A stretch of DNA of 64,000 nucleotides from Lama guanicoe (lineage: Eukaryota): NCBI GenBank assembly GCA_013239625.1, contig MU054323.1:14450029-14514028 (forward strand), read 5' to 3'. Below are positions 38,894 to 50,879 of the stretch, piece by piece (position 1 is the stretch's first letter; each line of letters starts with the position of its first letter). Under the pieces are notes generated by a model. That model was not told the origin of the DNA. It made no database searches and worked only from the letters and a program-made list of their open reading frames with translations. The position numbers were made by a program, and so were the translations under genes.

Positions 38894-41800
38894 TTAGATT
38901 CCACATATGAGCGATCTCATATGGTATTTTTCTTTCTCTTTCTGGCTTACTTCACTTAGAATGACATTCTCTAGGAGCATCCATGTTGCTGCAAATGGCG
39001 TTATGTTGTCGGTTTTTATGGCTGAGTAGTATTCCATTGTATAAATATACCACATCTTCTTTATCCAGTCACCTGTTGATGGACATTTAGGTTGTTTCCA
39101 TGTTTTGGCTATTGTAAATAGTGCTGCTATGAACATTGGGGTGCAGGTGTCATCCTGAAGTAGATTTCCTTCTGGATACAAGCCCAGGAGTGGGATTCCT
39201 GGGTCATATGGTAAGTCTATTCCTAGTCTTTTGAGGAATCTCCACACTGTTTTCCATAGTGGCTGCACCAAACTGCATTCCCACCAGCAGTGTAGGAGGG
39301 TTCCCCTTTCTCCACAGCCTCTCCAGCATTTGTCATTTTTGGATTTTTGAATGACGGCCATTCTGACTGGTGTGAGGTGATACCTCATTGTAGTTTTGAT
39401 TTGCATTTCTCTGATAATTAGTGATATTGAACATTTTTTCATGTGCTTTTTGATCATTTGTATGTCTTCCTTGGAGAATTGCTTGTTTAGGTCTTCTGCC
39501 CATTTTTGGATTGGGTTGTTTATTTTTTTCTTATTGAGTCGTATGAGCTGCTTATATATTTTGGAGATCAAGCCTTTGTCGGTTTCACTTGCAAAAATTT
39601 TCTCCCATTCCGTAGGTTTTCTTCTTGTTTTATTTCTGGTTTCCTTTGCTCTGCAGAAGCTTGTAAGTTTCATTAGGTCCCATTTGTTTATTCTTGCTTT
39701 TATTTCTTCTAGGAGAAAATTTTTGAAATGTATGTCAGATAATGTTTTGCCTATGTTTTCCTCTAGGAGGTTTATTGTATCTTGTCTTATGTTTAAGTCT
39801 TTAATCCATTTTGAGTTGATTTTTGTATATGGTGTAAGGGTGTGTTCTAGCTTCATTGTTTTACATGCTGCTGTCCAGTTTTCCCAACACCATTTGCTGA
39901 AGAGACTGTCTTTATTCCATTGTATATTCTTGCCTCCTTTGTCGAAGATGAGTTGACCAAAAGTTTGTGGGTTCATTTCTGGGCTCTCTATTCTGTTCCA
40001 TTGGTCTATATGTCTGTTTTGGTACCAATACCATGCTGTCTTGATGACTGTAGCTCTATAGTATTGTCTGAAGTCTGGGAGAGTTATTCCTCCAGCCTCT
40101 TTCTTTCTCTTCAGTAATGCTTTAGCAATTCTAGGTCTTTGATGGTTCCATATAAATTTTATTATGATTTGTTCTAGTTCTGTGAAATATGTCCTGGGTA
40201 ATTGGATAGGGATTGCATTAAATCTGTAGATTGCCTTGGGCAGTGTGACCATTTTAACAATATTGATTCTTCCAATCCAAGAGCATGGAATATCTTTCCA
40301 TTTTTTAAAGTCTTCTTTAATTTCCTTCATCAATGGTTTATAGTTTTCTGTGTATAATTCTTTCACCTCCTTGGTTAGATTTATTCCCAGATATTTTATT
40401 ACTTTGGGTGCTATTTTAAAGGGGATTGTTTCTTTACTTTCTTTTTCTGTTGATTTATCGTTAGTGTAAAGAAAGGCAACTGATTTTTGAACATTAATTT
40501 TGTAACCTGCTACCTTGCTGAATTCTTCGATCAGCTCTAGTAGCTTTTTTGTGGACCTTTTAGGGTTTTCTATATATAGTAACATGTCGTCAGCATATAA
40601 TGACACTTTTACCTCTTCTTTTCCAATTTGGATCCCTTTTATTTCTTTCTCTTGCCTGATTGCTGTGGCTAGGACTTCCAGGACTATATTGAATAGGAGT
40701 GGTGATAGTGGGCATCCTTGTCTTGTCCCAGATTTTAGTGGGAAGCTTTTGAGTTTTTCACCGTTGAGAACTATGCTGGCTATAGGTTTGTCATATATAG
40801 CTTTTATTATGTTGAGATATGTTCCCTCTATACCCACTTTGGCGAGAGTTTTTATCATAAATGGGTGTTGAATTTTATCAAATGCTTTTTCTGCATCGAT
40901 TGAGATGATCATGTGGTTTTTGTCCTTTCTCTTGTTGATGTGATGTATTACATTGATTGATTTGCGTATGTTGAACCAGCCTTGTGTCCCTGGGATGAAC
41001 CCCACTTGGTCATGATGTATAATCTTTTTTATGTGTTGTTGGATTCTATTTGCTAAAATTTTGGTGAGGATTTTGGCGTCTATGTTCATCAGTGATATTG
41101 GCCTATAATTCTCTTTTTTTGTAGTGTCTTTGCCTGGTTTTGGTATCAGGGTGATGGTGGCTTCATAGAATGAGTTTGGGAGTATTCCCTCCTTTTCAAT
41201 CGTCTGGAAGAGTTTGAGAAGGACTGGTATGAGTTCTTCTTTGTATGTTTGGTAGAATTCCCCGGTGAAGCCATCCGGTCCTGGACTTTTATTTGTAGGG
41301 AGGTTTTTAATTGCTATTTCTATTTCCTTTCTAGTGATCGGATTGTTCAAGTGTTCAGTTTCTTCTTGATTCAGTTTTGGTGGACAGTATGTTTCCAGAA
41401 ACTTGTCCATCTCCTCTAGGTTATCCAGTTTGGTTCCATATAGTTTTTCATAATATTCTCGTATGATATTCTGTATTTCTATTTTGTTTGTTGTAATTTC
41501 TCCATTTTCCTTTCTTATTTTGCTAATTTGTGCTCTCTCTTTTTTCTTCTTTGTGAGTTTGGCCAGAGGTTTGTCGATTTTATTTACTTTTTCAAAAAAC
41601 CAGCTTTTGGTTTGGTTGATTTTTTCTATGGTCTTGTTAATCTCTATTGTATTTAATTCCTCTCTGATCTTTATTATTTCCTTCCTTCTGCTGCTTTTTG
41701 GGGCTTTTTGTTCTTCTTTTTCTAATTGATTCAGGTGGTGGGTTAACTTGTTTATTTGAGATTGTTCTTCTTTTTTGAGGAAGGCCTGTATCGCTATAAA

Positions 41801-42691
41801 CTTCCCTCTTAGCACTGCCTTTGCTGTGTCCCATAGGTTTTGAGTGGTTGTGCTTTCATTATCATTTGTCTCAAGGTATTTTTTAATTTCAGCTTTGATT
41901 TCCTCATTGATCCATTGTTTTTTCAATAACATATTGTTTAATCTCCATGCTTTTCTTTTTTTCTCCTTTGTTTCTCTGTTGTTGATTTCCAGTTTCATGG
42001 CATTGTGGTCAGTAAAGATGCTTGAGATAATTTCTATCTTCTTAAATTTGTTGAGGTTTCTTTTGTGTCCAAGTACATGATCGATCCTGGAAAATGTTCC
42101 ATGTGCACTTGAAAAGAATGTATATTCTATTTTTTGGGGGTGTAATGCTCTGAAAATATCCACCAAATCTAGTTTTTCTATTGTAGTATTTAATTTCTCT
42201 GTTGCCTTGTTTATTTTCTGTCTGGAAGATCTGTCTAGTGATGTTAATGCAGTGTTAAAATCTCCAACTATGATTGTATTCCCATCAATATCCCCCTTTA
42301 TCTCTGTTAGTAATTCTTGTATGTACTTAGGTGCTCCTATATTGGGTGCATATATATTAACGAGTGTAATATCTTCATCTTGTATCACTCCTTTAATCAT
42401 TATAAAATGTCCTTCTTTATCTTTCTTTATGGCCTTTGTTTTAAAGTCTATTTTGTCTGAAATCAGTACTGCAACACCTGCTTTTTTGGCTTTTCCATTT
42501 GCATGGAATATCCTTTTCCATCCTTTCACTCTCAATCTATATGTGTCCTTCTCCCTAAAGTGGGTCTCTTGTATGCAGCATATTGAAGGTTCTTGCTTTA
42601 TTATCCAGTCTGCCACTCTATGTCTTTTGACTGGAGCATTTAGTCCATTAACATTTACAGTAATTAATGATAGATGTGTGTTTATTGCCAT
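38894..42691 (-). CDS. L1 ORF2p (endonuclease, reverse transcriptase, CCHC), intact, 1265 aa
   Basis: Uninterrupted ORF with NVNGLN, IQETH, GDFN, SRIDH, TDHN, QGCPLSP, YADD and CWRGC…HCWWEC motifs. Confidence 0.97.
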   Translation of the reverse strand: MAINTHLSLITVNVNGLNAPVKRHRVADWIIKQEPSICCIQETHFREKDTYRLRVKGWKRIFHANGKAKKAGVAVLISDKIDFKTKAIKKDKEGHFIMIKGVIQDEDITLVNIYAPNIGAPKYIQELLTEIKGDIDGNTIIVGDFNTALTSLDRSSRQKINKATEKLNTTIEKLDLVDIFRALHPQKIEYTFFSSAHGTFSRIDHVLGHKRNLNKFKKIEIISSIFTDHNAMKLEINNRETKEKKRKAWRLNNMLLKKQWINEEIKAEIKKYLETNDNESTTTQNLWDTAKAVLRGKFIAIQAFLKKEEQSQINKLTHHLNQLEKEEQKAPKSSRRKEIIKIREELNTIEINKTIEKINQTKSWFFEKVNKIDKPLAKLTKKKKERAQISKIRKENGEITTNKIEIQNIIREYYEKLYGTKLDNLEEMDKFLETYCPPKLNQEETEHLNNPITRKEIEIAIKNLPTNKSPGPDGFTGEFYQTYKEELIPVLLKLFQTIEKEGILPNSFYEATITLIPKPGKDTTKKENYRPISLMNIDAKILTKILANRIQQHIKKIIHHDQVGFIPGTQGWFNIRKSINVIHHINKRKDKNHMIISIDAEKAFDKIQHPFMIKTLAKVGIEGTYLNIIKAIYDKPIASIVLNGEKLKSFPLKSGTRQGCPLSPLLFNIVLEVLATAIRQEKEIKGIQIGKEEVKVSLYADDMLLYIENPKRSTKKLLELIEEFSKVAGYKINVQKSVAFLYTNDKSTEKESKETIPFKIAPKVIKYLGINLTKEVKELYTENYKPLMKEIKEDFKKWKDIPCSWIGRINIVKMVTLPKAIYRFNAIPIQLPRTYFTELEQIIIKFIWNHQRPRIAKALLKRKKEAGGITLPDFRQYYRATVIKTAWYWYQNRHIDQWNRIESPEMNPQTFGQLIFDKGGKNIQWNKDSLFSKWCWENWTAACKTMKLEHTLTPYTKINSKWIKDLNIRQDTINLLEENIGKTLSDIHFKNFLLEEIKARINKWDLMKLTSFCRAKETRNKTRRKPTEWEKIFASETDKGLISKIYKQLIRLNKKKINNPIQKWAEDLNKQFSKEDIQMIKKHMKKCSISLIIREMQIKTTMRYHLTPVRMAVIQKSKNDKCWRGCGERGTLLHCWWECSLVQPLWKTVWRFLKRLGIDLPYDPGIPLLGLYPEGNLLQDDTCTPMFIAALFTIAKTWKQPKCPSTGDWIKKMWYIYTMEYYSAIKTDNITPFAATWMLLENVILSEVSQKEKEKYHMRSLICGI

Positions 42692-42903
42692 TTTGAACTT
42701 ATCTTTGCAGTTGAATTGGTATATCCTCTTTGTTCCTTTCTTCTTCCTTTTGTGGTTTGGTAATTTTCCTTTGTATTATCATGGATTTTATTTAATTTTT
42801 GTGACTCCCTTGTAAATTTTTGACTTGTGGTTACCCTTTTTTGTAAATCTATTAACCTATACCCGTTTTTATTAAACTGATAATAACATGATCTCAAACC
42901 CAT
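42682..42903 (-). CDS. Hypothetical 73-aa basic ORF in the L1 inter-ORF region, overlapping the ORF2 start by 10 nt
   Basis: ATG in aggATGg context; ends …AAA TGG CAA TAA across ORF2 ATG GCA ATA; no expression evidence. Confidence 0.35.
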   Translation of the reverse strand: MGLRSCYYQFNKNGYRLIDLQKRVTTSQKFTRESQKLNKIHDNTKENYQTTKGRRKEQRGYTNSTAKISSKWQ

Positions 42904-43088
42904 CCTACTGTTAAAAAAATTTAAAAAAGAAAGAAAAAAAATTCTATATTTCCCTGCCTCCCTCTCCCACTCTCAGTGATTTGTATGTCTTCTTTTATAA
43001 TTTCGTGTTTTCTTTATTTGTAATTCATGAGTTATCACCTTTCCAGTTGTACGTTTCTCATTTCTGTAGCATCCTGCTGCTTTTCTAT

Positions 43089-43988
43089 TTAGAATAGCCC
43101 TTTCAATATTTCTTTTAGCATGGGTTTAGTGTTGCTAAACTCCTGCAGCTTTTTTTTGTCTGTGAAACTCTTTATTTCTCCTTCTATCCTAAAGGATAGC
43201 CTTGCTGGATAAAGTATCCTAGGCTGCATCTTTTTTTCATTCAGGGCTTTGAATATATCTTGCCACTCCCTTCTGGCCTGTAGTGTTTGTGTAGAGAAAT
43301 CAGCTGAGAGCCTTATGGGGGTTCCCTTGTAATTCACTCTTTGCTTTTCTCTTGCTGCCTTTAGAATCATTTCTTTATCCTTGACTCTGGCCATCTTGAT
43401 TATGATATGTCTTGGTGTGGGTCTATTTGGATTCTTCCTGTTTGGGACCCTCTGAGCTTCCTGTACTTGTATATCTGATTCCTTCTTTAAGTTTGGGAAG
43501 TTTTCAGTCATGATTTCTTCAAAAACCTTTTCAATCCCCTTTGATCCTTCTTCCCCTTCTGGGACCCCTATTATGCGAAGATTGGGACGCTTTATATTAT
43601 CCCATAGGTCCCTTATGCTATTATCATTATTTTTTATTTGCTTATCTTGTAGTTCTTCTGAATGGGTGCTTTCTGTTGCCCTGTCTTCTAGATCACTAAT
43701 TTGTTCCTCTTAAGTAACTAGTCGGCTTTGCACAGCTATTAAATCATTCCTCATCTCTGTCAATGAGTTTACCCATTCTGCTTGGCTCTTCTTTATAGCT
43801 TCAATTTCATTTTTGACATATTTTATCTCTCTATCTATCTCTTTTAATTCCTTCAGCAATTTGATCACTCCTTTTTTGAAATCTTGATCTAGTAGGCTAT
43901 CGATGTCTATTTCATTGAGCTTTCTTTCAGGGGATTCCTCTTGTTCTTTTAATTGGGAAAGGTTTCTCTGCTTCTTCATCTTGCTCAT
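43089..43988 (-). pseudogene. L1 ORF1p (299 codons) with a single in-frame TAA at codon 93
   Basis: The two ORF-track pieces share a frame; hand translation of 43709-43512 is open (EEQISDLEDR…NLRIIGVPEGEE); stop at 43710-43712; YPARLSF motif. Confidence 0.93.
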
Positions 43989-44499
43989 ACCTCTCTGGCA
44001 CTGTGGTTTATGGAGTATCAGTTGTCTATTTTGGATCTTAAGGATTTTATCTATCTAATGCCTATTTATGAATAGAACTTAGAAAAAAAGAAAGAAATAA
44101 TAAGAGAGAGAGAGAAAGATTTTTAAAAGAAGGGAGAAAGAGGGTTTGAAAACAGTGTATAATGAATAATAGAAGAGCGAGTTGAAGCAGTATTAATCGG
44201 GTTGAGACCTCCTTTTAAAACCTTTAAAAAAAGGGTGGGGAGATGAATAGATGTATTTGAAACCTGTGTCTAATCAATAACAGGACATCAAAACCCAAGA
44301 GAAATAGAAATGAATTAAGAAGTAAAAATTAAGAGAGTAATTGAAAATAGAACAGGTAAAAACAGATTTAAGAACAAAATAAAAAACAAACAAACAAACA
44401 AAAACAAAAAACAAAACAAAACAAAAAAAGGGTTGTCGGTGTTCTCCTGGAGTCTGTGTGCTTTTAATGTGAAGTCCTTCTGTCTTCGTCCTGTTTTGG

Positions 44500-45730
44500 A
44501 AGCTCAGCTTGTTTTCATAGGCCCTCCGTTGGCGCCCTCTTCTGTGCTGCTCCCAGCACCTGTCGGCAAGCAGANNNNNNNNNNNNNNNNNNNNNNNNNN
44601 NNNNNNNNNNNNNNNNNNNNNNNNNNNNNNNNNNNNNNNNNNNNNNNNNNNNNNNNNNNNNNNNNNNNNNNNNNNNNNNNNNNNNNNNNNNNNNNNNNNN
44701 NNNNNNNNNNNNNNNGGAGGGCGGGCCCCCTCCCAGCACCTCGGTCAGGGGCTGTGTTCCTGCCCGACAGGCGGTGGGGCCGCTCTCCCTCTGCCTGCGC
44801 CGCTGGTAGCTCTGCTGCTCTGTGCGGCTGTGCGCTCCGCCCTGGTGCGCTCCGCGGGTGGGCTCGGGGAAGACCGAGGGGCAGCCTCGTCCCTGCTCCG
44901 AGCCAAGACCTAGCTCCTTGTTTGTCTTTGTGGAGCAAGTTCTCTGAGGGACCAGGATGGAAGGATCCCACCTGCCCCAGGCTGTAGGCCCATCTCAGTC
45001 TGGCCCTTGAGGCTGCTGAGCCCTTCGGTGCGGATGCAGGTTTCGCCCCTGCCCCCGCCTGGGTGCTAAGCGCCGTAGACTATGGAGGCTGTGCCTGGGC
45101 CCCGCCTCTCTTCCCCTGAAAAGTTTCCGCGGGTTTTCAGAGATGGGGGTATGCACCCTTCCCCCGAGAGCACATCAACCTTGCTGTTTTATGGAGGGCC
45201 CAGGCTGTTCTGTCCCGTACACCCACAGCCACGGCGCCCAGCCCCTTGCAGTCCCCCGGGGCTGCCTCCGTGCAGCCGCCCCCGTCCTCCGCCCGGCTTG
45301 TGCAGCCTGGCCCTGCCCGCCGCTGCCGGCCCGCGTCTCAGGCTGGGTGTCGGGGGGACGCTCTGTGCCCGTTTAACTTAGTTCTGTCCGACAAGGGCTG
45401 CTCTGTACAGATCCGAGCCTCGGAGGCTCCCCCTCCGTTCCGCTGGCCTCTCAGTTGGAGAGGGGAGACCCAGCGAGCGAGTGCCAGTCCTCCTTTGCTG
45501 CTCCCTCCCCGCGGGACCCGTCCCGCGCTGCTTTGCCTTTTGTTCTTTCTTTTTTCGTTTTCTCCTACCAGAATTTTGGCGTCTTTATCTTTTGAAGAGG
45601 GTGATGTTCTGTTGGAGTTCCGCAGGTGCTCTGGTTGGCTGAGTGAGTCTGTAGATGTGGATCTTGGTGTGTTTGTGGGAGAGGGTGACTTACAAGCATC
45701 CTTCTACTCCACCATCTTGCCTCTTCCTCC
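44500..45730 (-). promoter_or_regulatory. L1 5' UTR internal promoter, CpG-rich, with YY1-like site
   Basis: High GC and CpG; 5' end GGAGGAAGAGGCAAGATGGTGG contains the AAGATGG YY1 core. Confidence 0.85.
44575..44715. other. Assembly gap (141 N) in the L1 5' UTR
   Basis: Run of N; ctcccagcacct occurs on both sides. Confidence 1.
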
Positions 45731-45745
45731 CATGCTCCATTTTTT

Positions 45746-46600
45746 ATTTGGAGTATTTGAAACATTTACATTTAGTGTTACTATTGGTAATTTTTGGATT
45801 TAAATCTACTGTTTTGGTATGTATCTTATATCTGTCCAGTCTTTTTATTGTTCCTTTATTTCCTAATTTCTTCTTCTGGATTGAGTAAGGACTTTTTAAA
45901 CCGTTCTATTTAATTTTACTATTAGTTATACATTTTTGCTCTATTTTTAGGAGTTGTTCCTAGGTTTGTTTCTTCTGTCAAATGATATTGCATCACACCA
46001 CTTGTATTGGCAAACCCTACAATAAACGTGATTCCTTTGCCCGCTTGCATTTTTTGTACCACTGTATATATTTAACTTCTACATATGTTAAATGTAGCAT
46101 AATGCATTGCTATTACTTTGTTTAAAAAAATTAACTTTTTAATACAATTTTAAAAAGTGAAAAAGTCTTACATTTATTTAAGTACTTATTTTTCCTGCAT
46201 TCTCCATTTTTTATATAGTTCCAAGTTCTCATCTGTTATTATTCCTATCTGCTTGAAGAACTTCCTTTAATATTTCTAGTAATGAGTTAGCTTCTGTTTG
46301 TCTGAAATTTTACTGCATCTTTCTTTCTAAAAGACATTTGCACATGATATTAGATTCTAACTTAATTCTTTCAGTGTTTTAAAAATATTGCTCAACTTTT
46401 TTTCTGGCTTGCATATTTTTAATGATATATCTGCATTACTTCTTACAAAATATCCTTTTCTCTTAGATACTTTTTTCTCTTTAACACTCATTTGCAGAGA
46501 TTTAGTTATGGTGTGTGTTGGTGTGATTACTATATGTAAATGGTCACTATTTCCATCCTGTGAATTTCCAGGTCAGATATAGTAGTTTTCAACTCTAGAA
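45746..46600 (-). mobile_element. Ancient L1 (ORF2 start, inter-ORF region, ORF1 C-terminus): right half of the host element
   Basis: ttggagtatttgaaacatttacattta matches 42631-42660; ctttaatatttctagtaatg…ttgtctgaa…ttctggcttgca matches 43100-43280. Confidence 0.75.
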
Positions 46601-46614
46601 AATTAATTTGCTTC

Positions 46615-46735
46615 CTTTTTAAGTGAAATATAGTTGATTTACAATATTATATTATTTTTAGGTATGCAACATAGTAAGTCAGTATTTTTATAGATCATAC
46701 TCCTTTTAAAGTTATTACAAATAATGGCTATTATA
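46615..46735 (-). mobile_element. Short L1 3' tip
   Basis: gaaatatagttgatttacaatattat…caacatagt resembles the L1 tails at 16556 and 54178. Confidence 0.75.
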
Positions 46736-46754
46736 CCCAGAACATTTCAAATAA

Positions 46755-47155
46755 CTCACTAAGAATAGGAATAACTCATTCTTTTTTAAAAAGGCAAAGT
46801 ATTTGTACAAATATTTCCCTAAGGAAGCGAGACTAATAGCAAATAACCACATGAAAAAGATGGTTGACATCGTTAGTCGTTAGGGAAATGAAAAGCACAA
46901 AGAGACAGCATTAAACAGCAATTAGAATGGCTTAGAAAAATATAAGCCAACATTATTGTGAAGATGCGCAGCAACTGAGTTTCTTATATAAGACTGGTGG
47001 CAATGCAAACAGGTACAGTCACTTTCGAGAAGTTTCTTTAGAGTTAGCATATTATTCACACCCTGCACAGCAGTTCCACTCTTGGACAGAGACGTATTCA
47101 TACAAAATGCTTTATACAATTGTGTATAGCAACTTTATTCATATTAATTGCCAAT
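46755..47155 (+). mobile_element. Ancient L1 ORF2 3' fragment
   Basis: cacatgaaaaagatgg…tagtcgttagggaaatg, degraded HMKRCS…IREM region. Confidence 0.75.
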
Positions 47156-50100
47156 TTTTATTCTGGAACTAATTTCGTGTCAACTGTTTAAATTCTTCTG
47201 CCATTTTTTATTTTAAAAAAGATTTTTATTTGAGATTTAAAGAGTTTTCAGCTCAAATTCTCATCTAACTCATAGGAACAGAAAAGATCTGTTTTAGTAT
47301 ATAATTTATGTGCCTTACAAAATATGGCATACCTAAGTCCATGGATCATATACTAAGTTTTTTAATTAAGCAAGGATTTGGATACAAGGGGAAAGAACTG
47401 TCACTCTTTCCCATTATAAATTAGAGTTATCATGTACCTTTTGATAAATCATGAAAAACAGGCTGATGATCGTATTTCAAACTCATTCTTTTTGCTGTTT
47501 GTAAGTTACAGTAGCTTTTGTGTTATATGAAATAACCAATTCTTTCCACAATTTTGTAATAATGATTTAATACAATATTTTCTGGAACTCATTATAAATT
47601 GGGAGAAAATTTCTAATACAATTAATATCTGCAGTTTTGCTATAGAATTAAAATACACAATGCTATGTCTTTTACTTCTTTCTTTTTGTTGAAACACTTA
47701 ATGCAGAGTTTAATGAATACTTAATGATTGGTAGATGTCCTCATATTATTTTAGTTTTTAATTGATAAGTGTATTTTTTTTCTTTTCTTGTCCTGTTGCT
47801 ATATAGTAATAATAGTTAAAGGTATAATCTACTACTCTGATAATTTTAATTTGTAAGCTGTAACCTCTCAACATGGACAAGTTAATTCAATGATTTCTGT
47901 AAAGATAAACAGAGTGCTACATACCCCTTTCTGCTTCCTGTAATCAAAATAACCTTCCTTTAAATAATTAATTGATGATAGAATTTACCTATTCCCTTCC
48001 TTACTTTGCTTAACCAAAATTATTTCTAAAGTAAGTTACTACTGTTTCATTGGTAGCTATTATTTATTTTTATAGTCTTTAGATCAGATTTTCACTTAGA
48101 GTTATTTCTGGCAAGAATTTTCTGGGAAGAATTTTCACATTAAATGAATAATAGAACAAGTCATGTTTCTAGCTAATTAATTAGATAATAATTACATTAA
48201 TTTGAATAAGTGAATGAGAATATAGTACTCCTAGTTAAATCGCAGTTCTCTTACCTAACCAATCTCTATACTCTGCAAAGAGGCAATATATGAATTTGAA
48301 CTTTCTGGATAAAAGATTGCTACATAATTATATTCTAATATATTCTTATTAATTTTGAGAAGCTTCAATATTGAAACTCAAGTAGAAGATTTGAAAGTTC
48401 TCAGAGGTGTAAATTTCATTTTTACCCTAGTTCTGTTTGTAATTGCAGATAACTATATTCACATCACATAATGAGATTGAATATTCTTAAAACCTAAAAT
48501 GATATGAACAATTACTTCAATAATTCAACTAATAAATTATTCCTTTATGTAGACTAAACCATCTCAATTGTTCAAAGTAAGTAAGTTACACAGATCATCT
48601 TTAAATGATAAGGATATATACCTTAAAGAGGCTTTAGCCCAACTAGTCGATACTTAGGCAAATATAGCATGCATGGATGTAATGTTAACTTTTAGATACA
48701 ATTCCAACAAGCTATTACTGATAAACAACTGGTTATTTAAAAAAAACAAAAACTGGTTATAAAACCAGAGTTAGGTGTATGATACTAAGGCCACAATCAT
48801 CCAGAGTAAACTGTAGCAAGAACTCAGGATAATTGAGGAAGTTCGATTCAGTCTGTATCAGAGTATGCCCCCCAAGATAACAATGCAGCTGTCCAGATTA
48901 CTCATTAAAAAGACCATTAGCCAACTGGACTAATTGGTTTGACTATTTTTTCCTCTCTTTGCTTGGCTACGTATATATGCTTGATTTCCTCTCACAACTG
49001 GTCATTTTCATTGTATTTCCCAGTATAATACTTATTTTTCACATTACTAACAGTGTAAGTCAAGAAATTGGTATATACAACCCTTGAAAACTTTCTTCTA
49101 AGCCAGAGTTTATCATCCTTTTAAAATACTCAGTAAATACTTAGACTGAAACTTGACTAACACTTCTATCTTCAGCGTAATGTTTTCCATTATTTAACTC
49201 ATGGCTGCTGCTCAAATTACAAGCTGGCTCCTCAAAACAAAATAAGCATAAAACTGAAAGGAAAAGAGTAATGAATTCGTTTGATTTACAAATAGCTCCT
49301 ATTATAAAAATGACAAATGGAAACAGTGAGTAGATGATCTAGCCATCTAAGAAGTGATACTGGCATCTTTTGAATCTGACAACCCAGAATCTGTTCAGTG
49401 TATTTATTTGTTTTGCTTTGTAGAGGAAATAAAATGGATTCCAGAAACATTTGAGCTAATTTAGAAAAGGCAGAGCCAGGAAAAGCTACTAAGGGAAAAT
49501 GAAGTATCCTAACTACTAAGGCCTCCTTCTTTCCTTTTAGAAATCCTGTTAACAAGTGAATATTGTACTGGGTAGATCATGGGTGTAATCTATCAACTCC
49601 TGTATCTCTGTGAATGTAATTACCACTCTCCATTCTCAGGACTCTTAGGAATTTGTTCCAATACTCCTTCCCTGGATATTAAGTTGCACTGTTGCTTCTA
49701 ATGGCTTTTTATACGGGTCATACTATCCTACATTACAGGTTCCTTCAGAGAACTTCTTGTGCCCCCTGATTAACTTTACTCATTGAGTAAAGTGAATGAA
49801 ATGGTAAGGAGGAAAACATGTTAGCTTTGGGCAGTGCTTTATACCTTTATGATATTAGTACAATAGGAAATGAAGCTTGCCAAGTCTCGGGCGTAGCTTC
49901 ACAATAAAATTAACAAATGGAGGCACACGCGTACACACAGACACACAAAACCCTATGAATATTAATTTGCCATAGTGTGTTAAAAGTCACTTTTTAATTT
50001 CAGCCTGACGTACTCTGGAAAACAAACAATACATCATTTTCTAACAACAGTTTAAAAAACCGCATTATTTTCTGGACATTATATTTGTTAGCTATCCTGG

Positions 50101-50449
50101 ATATTAATATCTATAGTAAAAGTCTTATCTTTATGATGCTTACAATCAAACTGGGAAGATTAAACATAAGACCATTTAAAAACTAACAGTGATTTTCCTT
50201 TGTAAGTTAGCTGATACAGTACATGCTTTCTGCAGTGGTTTTATAGGAGAAGGTAATCACTGGATGTGAATGCAGTAAGTGAAGCCTTGATGTGTGATGC
50301 CAGATCTGAGACAGGCTTAAAGCTAGTGCGAGAGAGGTGTCTGTTAACAAGCAAAGCCCAGGGAGCACTTAGTGTTATGAAAAGCGATGTGGGCAAAAAG
50401 TTAAGTTGGACATAAATGGTAAAACAACTTAAATACCCATGTTTTGGTT

Positions 50450-50879
50450 CTGGGCATGTTTGTCCTGGATCCATTTTTAACCTTTTTCTTTGTTCCACCA
50501 TGTGTAGCAAAGAAGATAATAAGCTCTGTGGATACTGGTTCCCATCCCAGTCTAGCCAGTAGGAGACACTAGAGGAAAATAGGATGATAGGAAAAGAGAA
50601 ACCAGGGAAATTCTTTCTAACTCTGCCTCTCGTTGCTCCTCCAGCAATGACTGTAGATCCCTCAAGGCTCCAGATCCCAGTAATTGCATCCTCCACTTGT
50701 CAGAGAATTAAATAAGAGAATTAAAATTGGCTTTCTGCTCATCTCTGGGTTGCCTCATTCTCCCTTCTGATTTTTCAACTCTGCTTTCACCTGTATAAAA
50801 TGTATTGATTTAAAGTCCATCTGGTTTTAATACACAGAATGATTTCTGAGAATATATTTAACCAATCTTGGCTAGACAC
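50450..50879 (+). mobile_element. LTR33-like ERVL LTR
   Basis: agccagtaggagacact…gagaaaccaggga…ggctttctgct…ctgggttgcctca…tttaatacacagaatgatttctg…aca, recognised from memory. Confidence 0.6.

Larger units (their letters stand above)
38629..45730 (-). mobile_element. Full-length young LINE-1 (~7.1 kb)
   Basis: 5' UTR CpG island, ORF1, inter-ORF region, ORF2, 3' UTR with AATAAA; perfect 15-bp TSD catgctccatttttt at 38614-38628 and 45731-45745; TTTT/A endonuclease-type site. Confidence 0.98.

Noticed and set aside
39396..42815. Several plus-strand hydrophobic ORFs (for example 186 aa and 202 aa; also 4714-5106)
   Set aside because: Antisense shadows of A-rich L1 ORF2.
44433..44987. ORFs spanning the 5' UTR gap
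   Set aside because: Frame continuity depends on the estimated N count.
50241..50696. 151-aa minus-strand ORF
   Set aside because: Overlaps an old LTR in antisense, non-ATG start, no protein motifs.
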